63,344 nucleotides of DNA from Nitrospirae bacterium MYbin3 (GCA_002753335.1 PEAD01000006.1:62001-125344), one strand, 5' to 3'; positions 48,375 to 58,951 are shown, counted from the stretch's first letter. The notes: generated from the sequence alone by a model not told the origin. Made by a program: numbers and translations.

Positions 48375-48881
48375 ATGAGCAATACAGAAAAAGAAAGCAA
48401 AGACATGACGGCTGAAGAGAGAGAGGCTTGGACAGAAGGGGTTATCAGAAACTACGCTTACGGGTCTGCTGCGGTTGGACTGGTTCCGATACCATTGATA
48501 GACCTTGTTGCCCTTACCGGCCTGCAGTTAAAGTTAATCCATAGATTGTCAACATTTTATGGGGTTCCCTTTTCTGAGGAGCGAACAAAAAAAATAATCG
48601 CTTCGCTGGCAGGCGCATCAATACCTATCGGTTTAACAAGAGCTGCCTGCAGTGTCTTAAAGATATTCCCTGTCGTAGGTTTAGCAGCATCCATAGTTGC
48701 AATGCCTGCGCTTTCCGGAGCCTCCACCTACGCAGTCGGAAAAATATTCGCGCAGCACTTCGAGTCGGGGGGAACATTCATCAACTTCGACATAATCAAG
48801 GCAAAAGGTTATTACGAAGAACAGGTTAAAAAAGGCAGGGAAGTTGTTGCGGAGTTAAAGAAGACAAGCAGCGAAACCTAG
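48375..48881 (+). CDS. DUF697/YcjF-like protein (paralog B)
   Basis: Closely similar to the 43527 gene at protein and DNA level. Confidence 0.8.
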   Translation: MSNTEKESKDMTAEEREAWTEGVIRNYAYGSAAVGLVPIPLIDLVALTGLQLKLIHRLSTFYGVPFSEERTKKIIASLAGASIPIGLTRAACSVLKIFPVVGLAASIVAMPALSGASTYAVGKIFAQHFESGGTFINFDIIKAKGYYEEQVKKGREVVAELKKTSSET

Positions 48882-48885
48882 TTTT

Positions 48886-49128
48886 CTATTCCGTAACACC
48901 GTAATCTCGCAAGCAATCATGGTATGAACGAATCCGCCTTTTCATAGGGTCATTGTGCGGGCGTTTTCTATTATTCACGCTTTCTTCGTGGAGACACCTT
49001 GATTTTATCTCAACCGGCCTATAAACAATCCAGTAAACCAACATAAGTCCAATAAAACATATCAGTACAACAACAGCCAATATGATGCCCCACGTTTCGG
49101 TTTTTAGTGTTTGTTTTTTCTTTGCCAC
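48886..49128 (-). CDS. Small single-TM hypothetical protein
   Basis: One hydrophobic helix; co-oriented downstream of purH. Confidence 0.55.
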   Translation of the reverse strand: MAKKKQTLKTETWGIILAVVVLICFIGLMLVYWIVYRPVEIKSRCLHEESVNNRKRPHNDPMKRRIRSYHDCLRDYGVTE

Positions 49129-49135
49129 TTAGGGT

Positions 49136-50428
49136 TTAGTGTTTAAAGGCCCTTTGGCCGGTAAAGGCCATCGTCACTTTCGGTGTTGCCTGATTGCATG
49201 CCTCTATAACTTCAAAGTCCCTCTCGGAGCCTCCCGGCTGAACAATGGCGGTAATGCCCTCTTTTATTCCGACATCCACGCCTCTCCTGAACGGAAAGAA
49301 GGCATCCGAAACCATAGTTGAACCAATCAATCCGCCTTTCTGTTTCTTGGCCTCATCGTCTATCTCGCGCAGAACAGAAATGTCCCTCTTGCCTGCCGCA
49401 GCTTCAAGTTCAAAGGTTTTGTACGGAATGCCATATTTTCTGAAGCAAAGAGCATCCGCATATTTTGTGTATGCCTTGAATATCGCTATTTCTGCAACCC
49501 CCACCCTATCCTGCTCGCCGGTGCCTATTCCTACTGTGCAGCCGTCTTTCACATAGATAACCGAGTTTGATGTTATGCCCTGTTCCACATTCCAGCCAAA
49601 GATCATATCATCATATTCCTGAACCGTAGGTTGACGTTCGATAGAGTACTCTTTGCCTTTAAAGGTTGTCTTTGCAGGCAGAAAATCCTCTTTCGTCCTA
49701 ATCCTGTTGACCGGCGACTGCTGAACAATAAGACCTCCGTCAATCAGTGATTTAAACTCGACAAAACGTGTTGACCTGTATTTTTCGAGGTTGTATATTT
49801 TTTGAATCCTGACTATCCTGAGATTTTTTCTCTTTGCCAATATCTCAACCACGCCTTCCTCAAAATCCGGAGCAGCCACAACCTCAAGATAGTTGGCGCT
49901 TACCATCTCAGCAGCAGCCTTGTCCATAGCCTTGTTAACGACCAGACATCCGCCAAATGCAGCTATCCTGTCGCACATGTTTGCCCTGTCATAAGCCTCT
50001 GCTACAGTTTTGCCGTAAGCGGTGCCGCACGGATTGTTGTGTTTCATTATAGTAGCTGCCGGCTTGTCAGAAAGGAACTTTAAAATATTAAGCGCGTTAT
50101 CGAGGTCAGTAAGATTGGTCTTGCCCGGATGCTTACCAGCCTGTATCATATCCTGCTCATTGATGCTGCTTACAAGCCCGCTGCCTGCATCAATGAATCT
50201 GCAGTCGCCAAGCATCAGGTTGCCGTTTACGAGCTCGTAGATTGCGGCCTGCTGGTCAGGGTTTTCGCCATAGCGCAGCCCCTTTTCTATAAGTTCGCCC
50301 GTTTTTTCGTCAGGAATCTTCCAAGCCCGTTTTTTATAAACGAGCGTCTGGTCACCAAACCTGATGGTCATCTCATCAGGAAAGTTATCATCCATTATGG
50401 TTTTATACATTTTTTTCAGATCAGACAT
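49136..50428 (-). CDS. purH: PurH-family AICAR transformylase (form without the N-terminal MGS domain)
   Basis: LRYGENP.Q, KHNNPCG, AAFGG, SDAFFPF, QPGGS, R.FKH. Confidence 0.85.
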   Translation of the reverse strand: MSDLKKMYKTIMDDNFPDEMTIRFGDQTLVYKKRAWKIPDEKTGELIEKGLRYGENPDQQAAIYELVNGNLMLGDCRFIDAGSGLVSSINEQDMIQAGKHPGKTNLTDLDNALNILKFLSDKPAATIMKHNNPCGTAYGKTVAEAYDRANMCDRIAAFGGCLVVNKAMDKAAAEMVSANYLEVVAAPDFEEGVVEILAKRKNLRIVRIQKIYNLEKYRSTRFVEFKSLIDGGLIVQQSPVNRIRTKEDFLPAKTTFKGKEYSIERQPTVQEYDDMIFGWNVEQGITSNSVIYVKDGCTVGIGTGEQDRVGVAEIAIFKAYTKYADALCFRKYGIPYKTFELEAAAGKRDISVLREIDDEAKKQKGGLIGSTMVSDAFFPFRRGVDVGIKEGITAIVQPGGSERDFEVIEACNQATPKVTMAFTGQRAFKH

Positions 50429-50463
50429 TTTTTTACCTCTTGCTTATAAATTATTTTTTGCTA

Positions 50464-51360
50464 TCACATCTGTTCAACAGCATAACCTTTCTGCCTTAAC
50501 AGATGCACTATGCCTTTATCTCCAATGAGGTGTCCGGCCCCGACAACCACAAAGTAAGTTTCGCCTGAATTCAGATAGGATTCGATTTTATAAGTCATGC
50601 TTTTGTTTCTGCTGAATAGTAATTTTTCACCGAGTCTGGATTTTGCACCTTGCCCCGCGAGTTCTTTCATGGTAAGTCTTTCAACAGTTTTTGCATTGCC
50701 GGTTCGCCATGCATTTATAAGCTGCTCCATATCTTCTTTAAGGCTATCCCTGTCTTTTAGGGATGAAACAAGCAAGGCCTCCTGTTCTTCGTCAGACAGA
50801 TCATTAAAAAGATTCAGCTGAAACTCGATGCTTTCTATCTCTACCACTCTTTTGCTTCCGCTGCTTTTTGTCAGAAAATAAGAGTCAATTCCGTATGCCG
50901 GTTTGTAGCCAAGCTTCTCGAGTTCCATCGAAGACAGTGTGATACCCAAAACCCAAGCCCTGTACCTGCTCATCATGTTGTATGGAAGCCCTGCCTCGCT
51001 CATCCGCGATTTTACAAGATTTGCGGTTTTTGTCGAGACATGTTTTTCGAAGCCTTCTCCGTCGGGATAAGCAACACTCAGCGCAAGCATCATCGGATTT
51101 ACCTTTTCTAGATCATTTATGTTTGCCTCCACAGCAAGAACTGAGGAGCGGGAGAATGCATCTTCGATAGTCTTTGAAAGAGGATACACGTCCGCCCTCA
51201 TCGAATGTATAGAGCCTAAAAGATAAAGAGTGTTGGCCTTAGACTTCACCTTCCATAAAAAATTATTTTCTCCGTAGCATATTGAAGGCAAGTATAAGAA
51301 AAAGCATAGAAGCGCAGCTGCCGTAAAAAGCGATGTTTTCTTTGTGCGTAAAAAATTCAC
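50464..51360 (-). CDS. TraB/GumN family protein
   Basis: LYLLGSIH, YGIDSYF, RN..M, VVVGAGHL.G..G. Confidence 0.9.
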   Translation of the reverse strand: MNFLRTKKTSLFTAAALLCFFLYLPSICYGENNFLWKVKSKANTLYLLGSIHSMRADVYPLSKTIEDAFSRSSVLAVEANINDLEKVNPMMLALSVAYPDGEGFEKHVSTKTANLVKSRMSEAGLPYNMMSRYRAWVLGITLSSMELEKLGYKPAYGIDSYFLTKSSGSKRVVEIESIEFQLNLFNDLSDEEQEALLVSSLKDRDSLKEDMEQLINAWRTGNAKTVERLTMKELAGQGAKSRLGEKLLFSRNKSMTYKIESYLNSGETYFVVVGAGHLIGDKGIVHLLRQKGYAVEQM

Positions 51361-51557
51361 AATAATCCTCTCCCGAAACTGTTTTGATTAATGTAGTACT
51401 AAAAATCTTAATCAGTCAAGAACTCAGAACTTAAAATTTGCAGCCCATCCCGGTTATTTAAATTTTAAATATTTATATAGTTCTGTATCCCTAAAAAAAA
51501 CGGCATGCTAAAGTTAGAAACTATCACGCAAAAAGTTTATGCCGACGGAGGAAGATA

Positions 51558-52046
51558 ATGAAGACGTCAGAATTTAACCTTGATGAATACTATGGAGAGA
51601 TTGGCACCGTCCTAACCGATGACAAAAAAAAGAGAGGCCTTCTGATACATGCGTTCCAGCAGATTCAAAAAGATTACAACTATCTGCCGGATGAGAGGCT
51701 CCGGGAGCTTTCCAAAAATCTCGACATCCCCCTTGCAGACGTTTACAGCACCGCATCATTTTATAAGCATTTCTATTTCAAGCCGCGCGGCAAAAACATC
51801 GTCTGCGTCTGCATGGGCACGGCCTGTCATGTCAGAGGCGCATCCAAGGTGCTGCATAAGCTTGAAGAGGAGTTCGGGGTTAAAGAAGGTGAAACTACCG
51901 AGGACATGTCGATGACGCTCGAAACCGTGGGATGTGTTGGATGCTGCGGCCTCGCGCCTGTGGTAACCGTCAACGAAGAAGTTGTCGGGGACGTTGGAAG
52001 CGACAAGCTTAAAGATATTATTGACGGCGTAAGAAAAAGCCGGTAG
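51558..52046 (+). CDS. NuoE/HydC-like 2Fe-2S subunit
   Basis: CMGTACHVRG...CVGCCGLAP. Confidence 0.9.
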   Translation: MKTSEFNLDEYYGEIGTVLTDDKKKRGLLIHAFQQIQKDYNYLPDERLRELSKNLDIPLADVYSTASFYKHFYFKPRGKNIVCVCMGTACHVRGASKVLHKLEEEFGVKEGETTEDMSMTLETVGCVGCCGLAPVVTVNEEVVGDVGSDKLKDIIDGVRKSR

Positions 52047-52064
52047 GCATGATCGAAAGGAGGA

Positions 52065-54410
52065 ATGATGGGTAACAGACTTGCAAGCATAGATGACCTA
52101 AAGAGCCTGAGGCAAAAACTGTCAACCGAAACGTTCGATCCCGCTAAACCAAGGATTAGAGTGTGCTGCGGAACGGCCTGCACAGCATCAGGCTCACATA
52201 AAGTTATAGATTCCTTAAACAAAGAAACTTCTGAAAAAGGAATCGATATGGAGATAGTCAAGACCGGCTGTCAGGGTATGTGCCAGAACGGCCCTATAAT
52301 GAAGGTCGAGCCGTATGAGATTTTTTATCAGAAGGTAAAGCAGGAGCAGGCAGCCTCTCTTATCAGTTATACGTATATAGGCGGGTTGCCTTACAGACAG
52401 GCCCTTTACAGGGAAGATATATCGAGCGATCCAATAACCGAAATGTCGGATCTGCCTTTTTATAAAAAACAGGTCAGGATAGCTTTAAGGAACAACGACA
52501 AAATAGATCCCACAAATATTTATCACTATATTGCGGTCGGCGGGTATGCTGCGCTCGAAAAAGCGCTTTCTACAATGACACCTGATGATGTACTGAACGA
52601 GGTGGATAGAGCAAACTTAAGAGGGCGAGGCGGAGCGGGCTTCCCGGCAGGCCAGAAATGGCGCCATTCCAAAGGTGCAAAGGGCAAGGTTAAATTTGTA
52701 ATAGCAAACGGAGATGAGGGTGACCCCGGAGCCTTTATGGACAGGTCTATAATGGAGGGCGATCCGCACAGCCTGTTTGAAGGCATGATATTATCCGCTT
52801 ACGCTATAGGAGCCGAATACGGTTTCGTGTATGTCAGACATGAATATCCGCTTGCTGTCAAAAATTTAAAACATGCGATCAGGCAGGCCGAAGAGCTCGG
52901 CTTGCTTGGCAAAAACATTCTCGGGAGCGGCTTTAATTTTCATCTTGATGTAAGAGAAGGCGCAGGGGCTTTTGTCTGCGGGGAGTCCACAGCACTAATC
53001 GCCTCGATAGAGGGAGAGAGGGGCTTTCCTCGTCCGCGTCCTCCAAGGCTTTCTGAGCAGGGCGGCGGAGTTTGGGGCTTTCCGAGCAACCTGAACAACA
53101 TAGAAACTTATGTATGCGTCCCCCCGATTATAGAAAAAGGCGCCGACTGGTTCAGCAGCATTGGAACTATAACATCCCCCGGCACCAAAGTTTTTGCACT
53201 TACAGGCAAGGTCGTAAATACCGGCCTTGTAGAAGTGCCTATGGGCATGACACTGCGCGAAATCATCTTCGACATCGGCGGCGGCATACTGCACAATAAA
53301 AAATTCAAAGCGGTGCAGACCGGCGGGCCTTCGGGCGGATGCCTTCCGGAAAAGTATCTGGACCTGAAAGTTGATTTTGACAATCTTTTTGCTGTCGGCT
53401 CGATGATGGGCTCAGGCGGCATGGTCGTACTGGATGAAGATACCTGCATGGTGGATGTGGCTAAATATTTTCTGTCATTCACCCAGTCCGAATCCTGCGG
53501 CAAATGCCCGCCATGCAGAATAGGCACATCGCAGATGCTGCAGATACTTCAGAACATAACAGATGGAAAAGGAAAGCCGGGAGATATCGAAAAGCTGATA
53601 GACCTAGGCAAACATATACAAGCAGCCTCTCTTTGCGGACTCGGCCAGAGCGCGCCAAACCCTGTGCTTTCAACAATAAAGTATTTCAGGGACGAATACG
53701 AAGAGCATATCTACGGCAATTTCTGCAGGGCCAACGTCTGCAAGGGCACCGGTGTTTTCGTTATAAATCACGCCGAATGCTTCAGGTGCGGTCTCTGCAA
53801 AGAAGCCTGCGCCTTCGATGCTGTAAAAGAGGGAAGGAACAGCTACTTTATAGACCGCGATTACTGCCAGAAATGCAAGGCCTGCTATCATGCCTGCCCT
53901 ATCGGCGCGGTGAAGATAAGGAAACAGACCGTGGTTAAACTTGAGGAGCAGTTCAAGATACCTACGGACAAAATAGAGATACTCGAAAGGAGGGCAAGGA
54001 TGACGCTTAAAGACCTGTTGGCTGTAAAGCCCACAAAGATACTCACCTGCAAAACAACCTGTGTTGTGGCCGATGCAGTGACGATGATGGACGGCACAAA
54101 TGTAGGCTCTATTCTCATTTACGATGAAGAGGGCAATCTGGCCGGAATCTTCACCGAAAGGGATATCATGCACTGCTTTGCCAAAAATGTTCCGTTTAAG
54201 GAACAGACGATGAAGACCGTTATGACGCCAAACCCGTTAACCCTTGACTCTGCAACCGACATCAGCGTTGCAATAGGTGTTATGTCTCAGAAGAGGATAA
54301 GGCATCTCCCTGTCATGGAAGACGGCAAGATCGTTGGACTTGTAAGCTACCGTCATCTCGTTTCTTATCTGCTGCCCGAGGTTATTTATATGGCAGAGGA
54401 TATTTATTAG
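52065..54410 (+). CDS. NuoF/HydB-like FMN/NAD(H) subunit with 2x[4Fe-4S] domain and C-terminal CBS pair
   Basis: GRGGAGFP, DEGDPGAFMD, GGPSGG, CGKCPPCR, ferredoxin motifs, GIFTERD and IRHLPV CBS motifs. Confidence 0.9.
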   Translation: MMGNRLASIDDLKSLRQKLSTETFDPAKPRIRVCCGTACTASGSHKVIDSLNKETSEKGIDMEIVKTGCQGMCQNGPIMKVEPYEIFYQKVKQEQAASLISYTYIGGLPYRQALYREDISSDPITEMSDLPFYKKQVRIALRNNDKIDPTNIYHYIAVGGYAALEKALSTMTPDDVLNEVDRANLRGRGGAGFPAGQKWRHSKGAKGKVKFVIANGDEGDPGAFMDRSIMEGDPHSLFEGMILSAYAIGAEYGFVYVRHEYPLAVKNLKHAIRQAEELGLLGKNILGSGFNFHLDVREGAGAFVCGESTALIASIEGERGFPRPRPPRLSEQGGGVWGFPSNLNNIETYVCVPPIIEKGADWFSSIGTITSPGTKVFALTGKVVNTGLVEVPMGMTLREIIFDIGGGILHNKKFKAVQTGGPSGGCLPEKYLDLKVDFDNLFAVGSMMGSGGMVVLDEDTCMVDVAKYFLSFTQSESCGKCPPCRIGTSQMLQILQNITDGKGKPGDIEKLIDLGKHIQAASLCGLGQSAPNPVLSTIKYFRDEYEEHIYGNFCRANVCKGTGVFVINHAECFRCGLCKEACAFDAVKEGRNSYFIDRDYCQKCKACYHACPIGAVKIRKQTVVKLEEQFKIPTDKIEILERRARMTLKDLLAVKPTKILTCKTTCVVADAVTMMDGTNVGSILIYDEEGNLAGIFTERDIMHCFAKNVPFKEQTMKTVMTPNPLTLDSATDISVAIGVMSQKRIRHLPVMEDGKIVGLVSYRHLVSYLLPEVIYMAEDIY

Positions 54411-54419
54411 GAGCTGGCC

Positions 54420-55013
54420 ATGTCCGATACAGTTACCTTAGAGCTGAAAGTCGATGACATAAAAAAGAACGCCGATGCTAAAGGCTGCCCTGTAGAGCGT
54501 TCATTGTACTACATCACAGAGTTCCTTGCGGGGCCTATGTGCGGCAGATGCTTTCCCTGCATGATGGGAAGCTACGAGGCCAGGATACGCCTGCAGCATC
54601 TTGTCGAAGGGCATGGAAAAATTACTGATGTTGAAGCTTTGCAAAGAATTGCAAAAGACATGCTTGAAGCCTCGATGTGCAAAAAGGGCAAAGACACCGC
54701 CAAATTCATATTAGAATGGATGGACTCCGGAGTGTTTGAAGCGCATGCCGAAAAAAGGTGTCCGGACAATTTGTGCAAGGCATTCATGGAATACCGGATT
54801 ACCGGAAGCAAGTGCGAAATGTGCGGGGCCTGCAAAGAAGTCTGCAAATTCGGCGCTATCCTCGGAGAAAAGCGCAAACACTATCTAAGCGGATATCAGC
54901 CTCATGAGATACGCCAAAAGAGATGCACTAAATGCGGTGAGTGCATAAAGGCATGCCCTTACGAAGCGATTATACTCGTAGAAACCGAAACCCACCGGCT
55001 GGTTGGGGTTTAA
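54420..55013 (+). CDS. NuoF C-terminal FeS-like domain plus 2x[4Fe-4S] ferredoxin
   Basis: CGRCFPC...C; CEMCGACKEVC; CTKCGECIKACP. Confidence 0.8.
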   Translation: MSDTVTLELKVDDIKKNADAKGCPVERSLYYITEFLAGPMCGRCFPCMMGSYEARIRLQHLVEGHGKITDVEALQRIAKDMLEASMCKKGKDTAKFILEWMDSGVFEAHAEKRCPDNLCKAFMEYRITGSKCEMCGACKEVCKFGAILGEKRKHYLSGYQPHEIRQKRCTKCGECIKACPYEAIILVETETHRLVGV

Positions 55014-55033
55014 TTATCAGGCAGGAGGATTTA

Positions 55034-57049
55034 ATGGCAAAAAAATTAAACGTAACTATAGACGGTACAAAGGTTCAGGCGCCGGAAGGGTCCAATCTTA
55101 TAGACGCTGCCTCGCTGGCGGGTGTACACATCCCCAACCTTTGCTATCTTAAAGGCCTAAAAGGCATAGGCGCATGCAGGCTTTGCATGGTCGAGATAGA
55201 AGGGCTTAAGGCTCCTATGATAGCCTGCACCACCAAGGTGAAAGAAGGCATGGCTATAAACACAAAGAGCGAGAGGCTTGTAGAGATGAGAAAGTTTGTT
55301 ATAGACCTCATACTCTCGATGCATCCGCTTGACTGCATGACCTGCACTAAAGCAGGCGTTTGCAACCTCCAGCAGTATGCCTACGATTTCGAGATAAAAG
55401 AGTCCTCCTTTACAAGAAAGAAGTTCGGGTTTGCTATTGACGAGGGCAATCCTTTCATAAAGCGCGATCCTGACTATTGTGTGCTATGCGGCAGATGCGT
55501 AAGGGTATGCAAAAACCAGGGCACTAATGTTCTTGAATTCATGGGCAGGGGCGTCGGCTCAAAAGTTACCACCGCAAACGATAAACCCCTTCAGGAATCA
55601 GGCTGCACTTTTTGCGGAAGCTGCATAGATGTCTGTCCTGTCAACGCCATCCTTGAAGCTGATAGATGGAAGAAAGGCCGCGAATGGGACTATGACAAAA
55701 CCGACTCGGTCTGCCTTCTCTGCGGAAATGCCTGTGCTATCAGCGTTTGCACAAAAGACGGCATGGTCATGAAGATCAACTCTGGCGGCGAGGATGGCTT
55801 AGCAGAAAAATATATCTGCGCTTTCGGACGGTACGGATTCGACAGCGTAAGCTCCGACATCAGGGTTTCGGCGCCGATGAAAAAAGTTGACGGCAAACTT
55901 CAGGAAACCACGTGGGAAGATGCTGTAGGAATTGTTGCAGCAGAGCTTGGCAAAGCAGGAAGCAAATCCGGATTTATAACAAGCGCATCTTTATTAAACG
56001 AGGACGGGATTGCGATAAAGAAACTTGCGGCCGACTCTGTAGGCACAAAAAACATTGACTCTACTCTAGGCTTATATGGGAGAGAGGCGGTTTTTGCCTG
56101 CGGCAGCGGTGACATAGAACAGGCGGATGCAATTATGCTTGTTGATATGAACCCGTGCCAATGGATGAGGTCTCTTCCGGCGCTGGATGCGATAGTAAGA
56201 AAGAAGGTCAACGCAGGCGCAAAGCTTATTGTTGTGAATTCAAAAGAGACTGCGCTTTCGGCTGTTGCAGCCGTAACCATTTCCGGAGACGAATCCGCTG
56301 CTCTTATGTCAGTTGCCAAGGCCCTGATTGATAAAGGCGGAAAAGCGGACAAGAAAATATCCGATGCCCTAGCCTCGATTACAGCATCCGAAGAAGCTGT
56401 TAAGGCTGCTGAGATAATTGCAGGCGCTGCAAACGCTTTGGTAATTTCATCGCCCGCTTTATTTGAAGCAGCAGCCAACATCGGCGCGATTAAAGGCAGC
56501 GTCATAGCTGCAGCCCCTGAAAGCAATGCAAAAGGCATAGCTTTAATAGGACTTTATGGCGGTGAAAAATCTTATACTGATATGATTACAGGCGGAGTTG
56601 ACCTGCTTTATGTTGCTGGCGATATCCCTGCCGATAAAAAACCTGATGCGAAATTTCTGATAGTTCAGACACCGTATATGAGCGGTCTAGCAAAAGATGC
56701 GGACATTGTTCTTCCTGCAGCTTCATGGCTTGAGGCTGACGGATCGATAGTTGACAGCTTGGGCCGACTGAGAACGGTTTCTGCTGCGATAGAAAAAACA
56801 GCTGCCTCTAAGACGCACAGAGAGATTTTTAGCGCAATAGCCAAAGCCTTAGGCAAACCCATAAAAGACGCCACCTCAGCCGAAGCAAAAAAACTGGCGA
56901 AGGTAAAAACAGTGATGCCTTCAGGCAATTTCTCCCGCAACACAGCGGCTGATTTTGATGCCCAGGATATCATTAAAAAGATTAACGCTTCTGTGGTTAC
57001 CGGTTCAAGGCTGCTCTGGTTGAAGGAATCCGAAAAAACTGCGGTTTAA
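55034..57049 (+). CDS. NuoG / formate dehydrogenase alpha-like FeS subunit with degenerate molybdopterin domain
   Basis: 2Fe-2S (GACRLCMVE), HPLDCMTC, two 4Fe-4S motifs, CLLCGNAC; ATG at 55034 after GGAGG. Confidence 0.85.
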   Translation: MAKKLNVTIDGTKVQAPEGSNLIDAASLAGVHIPNLCYLKGLKGIGACRLCMVEIEGLKAPMIACTTKVKEGMAINTKSERLVEMRKFVIDLILSMHPLDCMTCTKAGVCNLQQYAYDFEIKESSFTRKKFGFAIDEGNPFIKRDPDYCVLCGRCVRVCKNQGTNVLEFMGRGVGSKVTTANDKPLQESGCTFCGSCIDVCPVNAILEADRWKKGREWDYDKTDSVCLLCGNACAISVCTKDGMVMKINSGGEDGLAEKYICAFGRYGFDSVSSDIRVSAPMKKVDGKLQETTWEDAVGIVAAELGKAGSKSGFITSASLLNEDGIAIKKLAADSVGTKNIDSTLGLYGREAVFACGSGDIEQADAIMLVDMNPCQWMRSLPALDAIVRKKVNAGAKLIVVNSKETALSAVAAVTISGDESAALMSVAKALIDKGGKADKKISDALASITASEEAVKAAEIIAGAANALVISSPALFEAAANIGAIKGSVIAAAPESNAKGIALIGLYGGEKSYTDMITGGVDLLYVAGDIPADKKPDAKFLIVQTPYMSGLAKDADIVLPAASWLEADGSIVDSLGRLRTVSAAIEKTAASKTHREIFSAIAKALGKPIKDATSAEAKKLAKVKTVMPSGNFSRNTAADFDAQDIIKKINASVVTGSRLLWLKESEKTAV

Positions 57050-57058
57050 ATTTAAATA

Positions 57059-57102
57059 AAAAGGAAGAGCTTGAAAACAGTTAATTTTCAAGCTCTTCCT
57101 TT
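57059..57102. terminator. Bidirectional rho-independent terminator
   Basis: AAAGGAAGAGCTTGAAAA / TTTTCAAGCTCTTCCTTT between convergent genes. Confidence 0.85.
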
Positions 57103-57108
57103 AATGTT

Positions 57109-57924
57109 TTATATATCGATTTTATCGCCGGACACGTCGCTTTCGGCCTGAATTTGGGTGTCTTCCTGGCTTCGCATTATCCAGATAGTTGCAAATTCTT
57201 TGTCCTGAAAAACCTTGACCATACCGAGTTTTAAAATTTCGAGCAGCGCTAGAAATGTGACGATGACCTGAAGTCTTGTTTTGTCGGATGAAAAAATATC
57301 CTCAAACTTTATTGTCAAATCGCTTTCTATTTTTTCTACGATAGCTGAAATACGGTCCTTGATAGTCAGCGTCTCCCTCGAAATCATAAGGGCTTCTGGA
57401 GGCACGCGCGTAATTATTTTTTTGAGCGCCCCCAGCAGATCAAAAAGGTTTACGTCGAACAGATAAAGTTCGGAAGGCTCTGTTGTCAGCTCTTTAGTGT
57501 CTATAGGTGGACGCGCAAATGCGTTGGTCCATAAATCCTCACGCTCTCTAAGCGTTGTTGAGGCCTCTTTATATGCCTGATACTCCAGCAGTCTTTGCAC
57601 AAGGCCTGCTCTCGGATCTTCCTCCTCAGGCAATGCTTCCATATCAGGGTCCGGCGGCAACAGCATCCTTGATTTTATATAGATAAGCGTGGAAGCCATA
57701 ACCAGAAATTCGGAGGCTATCTCGAGATTCAGTTCTTTCATGATATCTATATATTCCAGATATCGCCTCGTTATAAGAGCGATCGGAATATCGTAAATAT
57801 CAACCTTATTCTCTTTGATAAGATGCAGCAGCAAATCGAGAGGGCCCTCAAAAACAGGCGGGCCTTCAGACAGCCCCGGAACCTTTATGCTGTATGGATC
57901 TATATCTTCAGCAGTGTCTTCCAT
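57109..57924 (-). CDS. scpA: Segregation and condensation protein A
   Basis: FEGPLDLLLHLI, EFLVMASTL..IKSRMLLP, TFLALLE. Confidence 0.93.
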   Translation of the reverse strand: MEDTAEDIDPYSIKVPGLSEGPPVFEGPLDLLLHLIKENKVDIYDIPIALITRRYLEYIDIMKELNLEIASEFLVMASTLIYIKSRMLLPPDPDMEALPEEEDPRAGLVQRLLEYQAYKEASTTLREREDLWTNAFARPPIDTKELTTEPSELYLFDVNLFDLLGALKKIITRVPPEALMISRETLTIKDRISAIVEKIESDLTIKFEDIFSSDKTRLQVIVTFLALLEILKLGMVKVFQDKEFATIWIMRSQEDTQIQAESDVSGDKIDI

Positions 57925-58818
57925 TTAAGGGATCACCTTGTTAAGAGGATATTCGACTATTCCTGACGCCCCGGCGCTTTTAAGTTTAGGTATTATGTCC
58001 CTTACCGTTTTTTCGTCTATTATCACATCAATTGCATACCATTCCTTGTCTGTAAGCGCGGATACCGTAGGCGAGTGCATTGCGGACAAAAGACTTAGCA
58101 CACGCTTGAACGATCTATCCGGCACGTTCATTTTCAATCCTACCTTTTCTTCAGCAGCAAGCGCGCCTTGCAGTAAAAGCGCAATATTTTCCATCTTGCG
58201 GCGCTTCCATTTGTCCTGCCAAGCCTTTTTGTTGGCGATAAATCTTGTTGTGGATTCTATAAGCGTTTCAACTATTCTAAGATTGTTAGCCCTCAGCGAA
58301 GAACCGGTTTCTGTAAGCTCCACTATTGCATCAGCAAGATGCGGCGGTTTAACTTCGGTGGCGCCCCATGAAAAATCGACTTCCGCTTTGATGCCTTTGG
58401 ATTTCAGAAACCTCTTTGTGAAACCCACAAGCTCCGTTGCTATGCGCTTGCCTTCGAGGTCTTTAAGCGATTTTATTTTTGAATCATTAGGCACCGCCAC
58501 AACCCAACGTACAGGCCTAAAACCCTCTTTAGCATATTTAAGTTCTGCAATCTCGATAATGTCAGCATTCTGCTCCTTAACCCAGTCGTAGCCGGTCAGC
58601 CCACAGTCGAGATGGCCGTCTTCAACATAGCGTGCCATTTCCTGAGCCCTTATAAGCATCGACCCTATTTCTGCATCCTCAAATACCGGATAGTATGAGC
58701 GCGAAGAAACGCTTATGTGGTACCCGGCCTTTTTAAAAAGCCTGAGAGTTGACTCCTGAAGACTGCCTTTGGGCAATCCTAATTTGATGGTATTTTTTGA
58801 GTTTTTCATTGTCTGCAA
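57925..58818 (-). CDS. hisG: ATP phosphoribosyltransferase (long form)
   Basis: [40 protein letters not shown]. Confidence 0.95.
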   Translation of the reverse strand: MQTMKNSKNTIKLGLPKGSLQESTLRLFKKAGYHISVSSRSYYPVFEDAEIGSMLIRAQEMARYVEDGHLDCGLTGYDWVKEQNADIIEIAELKYAKEGFRPVRWVVAVPNDSKIKSLKDLEGKRIATELVGFTKRFLKSKGIKAEVDFSWGATEVKPPHLADAIVELTETGSSLRANNLRIVETLIESTTRFIANKKAWQDKWKRRKMENIALLLQGALAAEEKVGLKMNVPDRSFKRVLSLLSAMHSPTVSALTDKEWYAIDVIIDEKTVRDIIPKLKSAGASGIVEYPLNKVIP

Positions 58819-58951
58819 TCCTTTCCTGCTCTATAAAGCTGCGTCTAATATTTTAAGTGCTACGCTTAGTTGTGTCAAACAAAGGACAGGCCTTTATTCC
58901 ATAACATCTCGGCATACAGCTTAGGGTAACCCTAATGAAAGAAAAAGAAAG

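Noticed and set aside
49275..49310. SDAFFPFRRG instead of the usual FRDG in PurH
   Set aside because: Single substitution; cannot separate a true variant from a sequencing error
54941..55033. N-terminal extension of the NuoG-like ORF (likewise the long starts at 60229, 61540, 61721 and 28214)
   Set aside because: Overlap neighbouring genes or promoters; downstream ATGs fit RBS position or domain boundaries better
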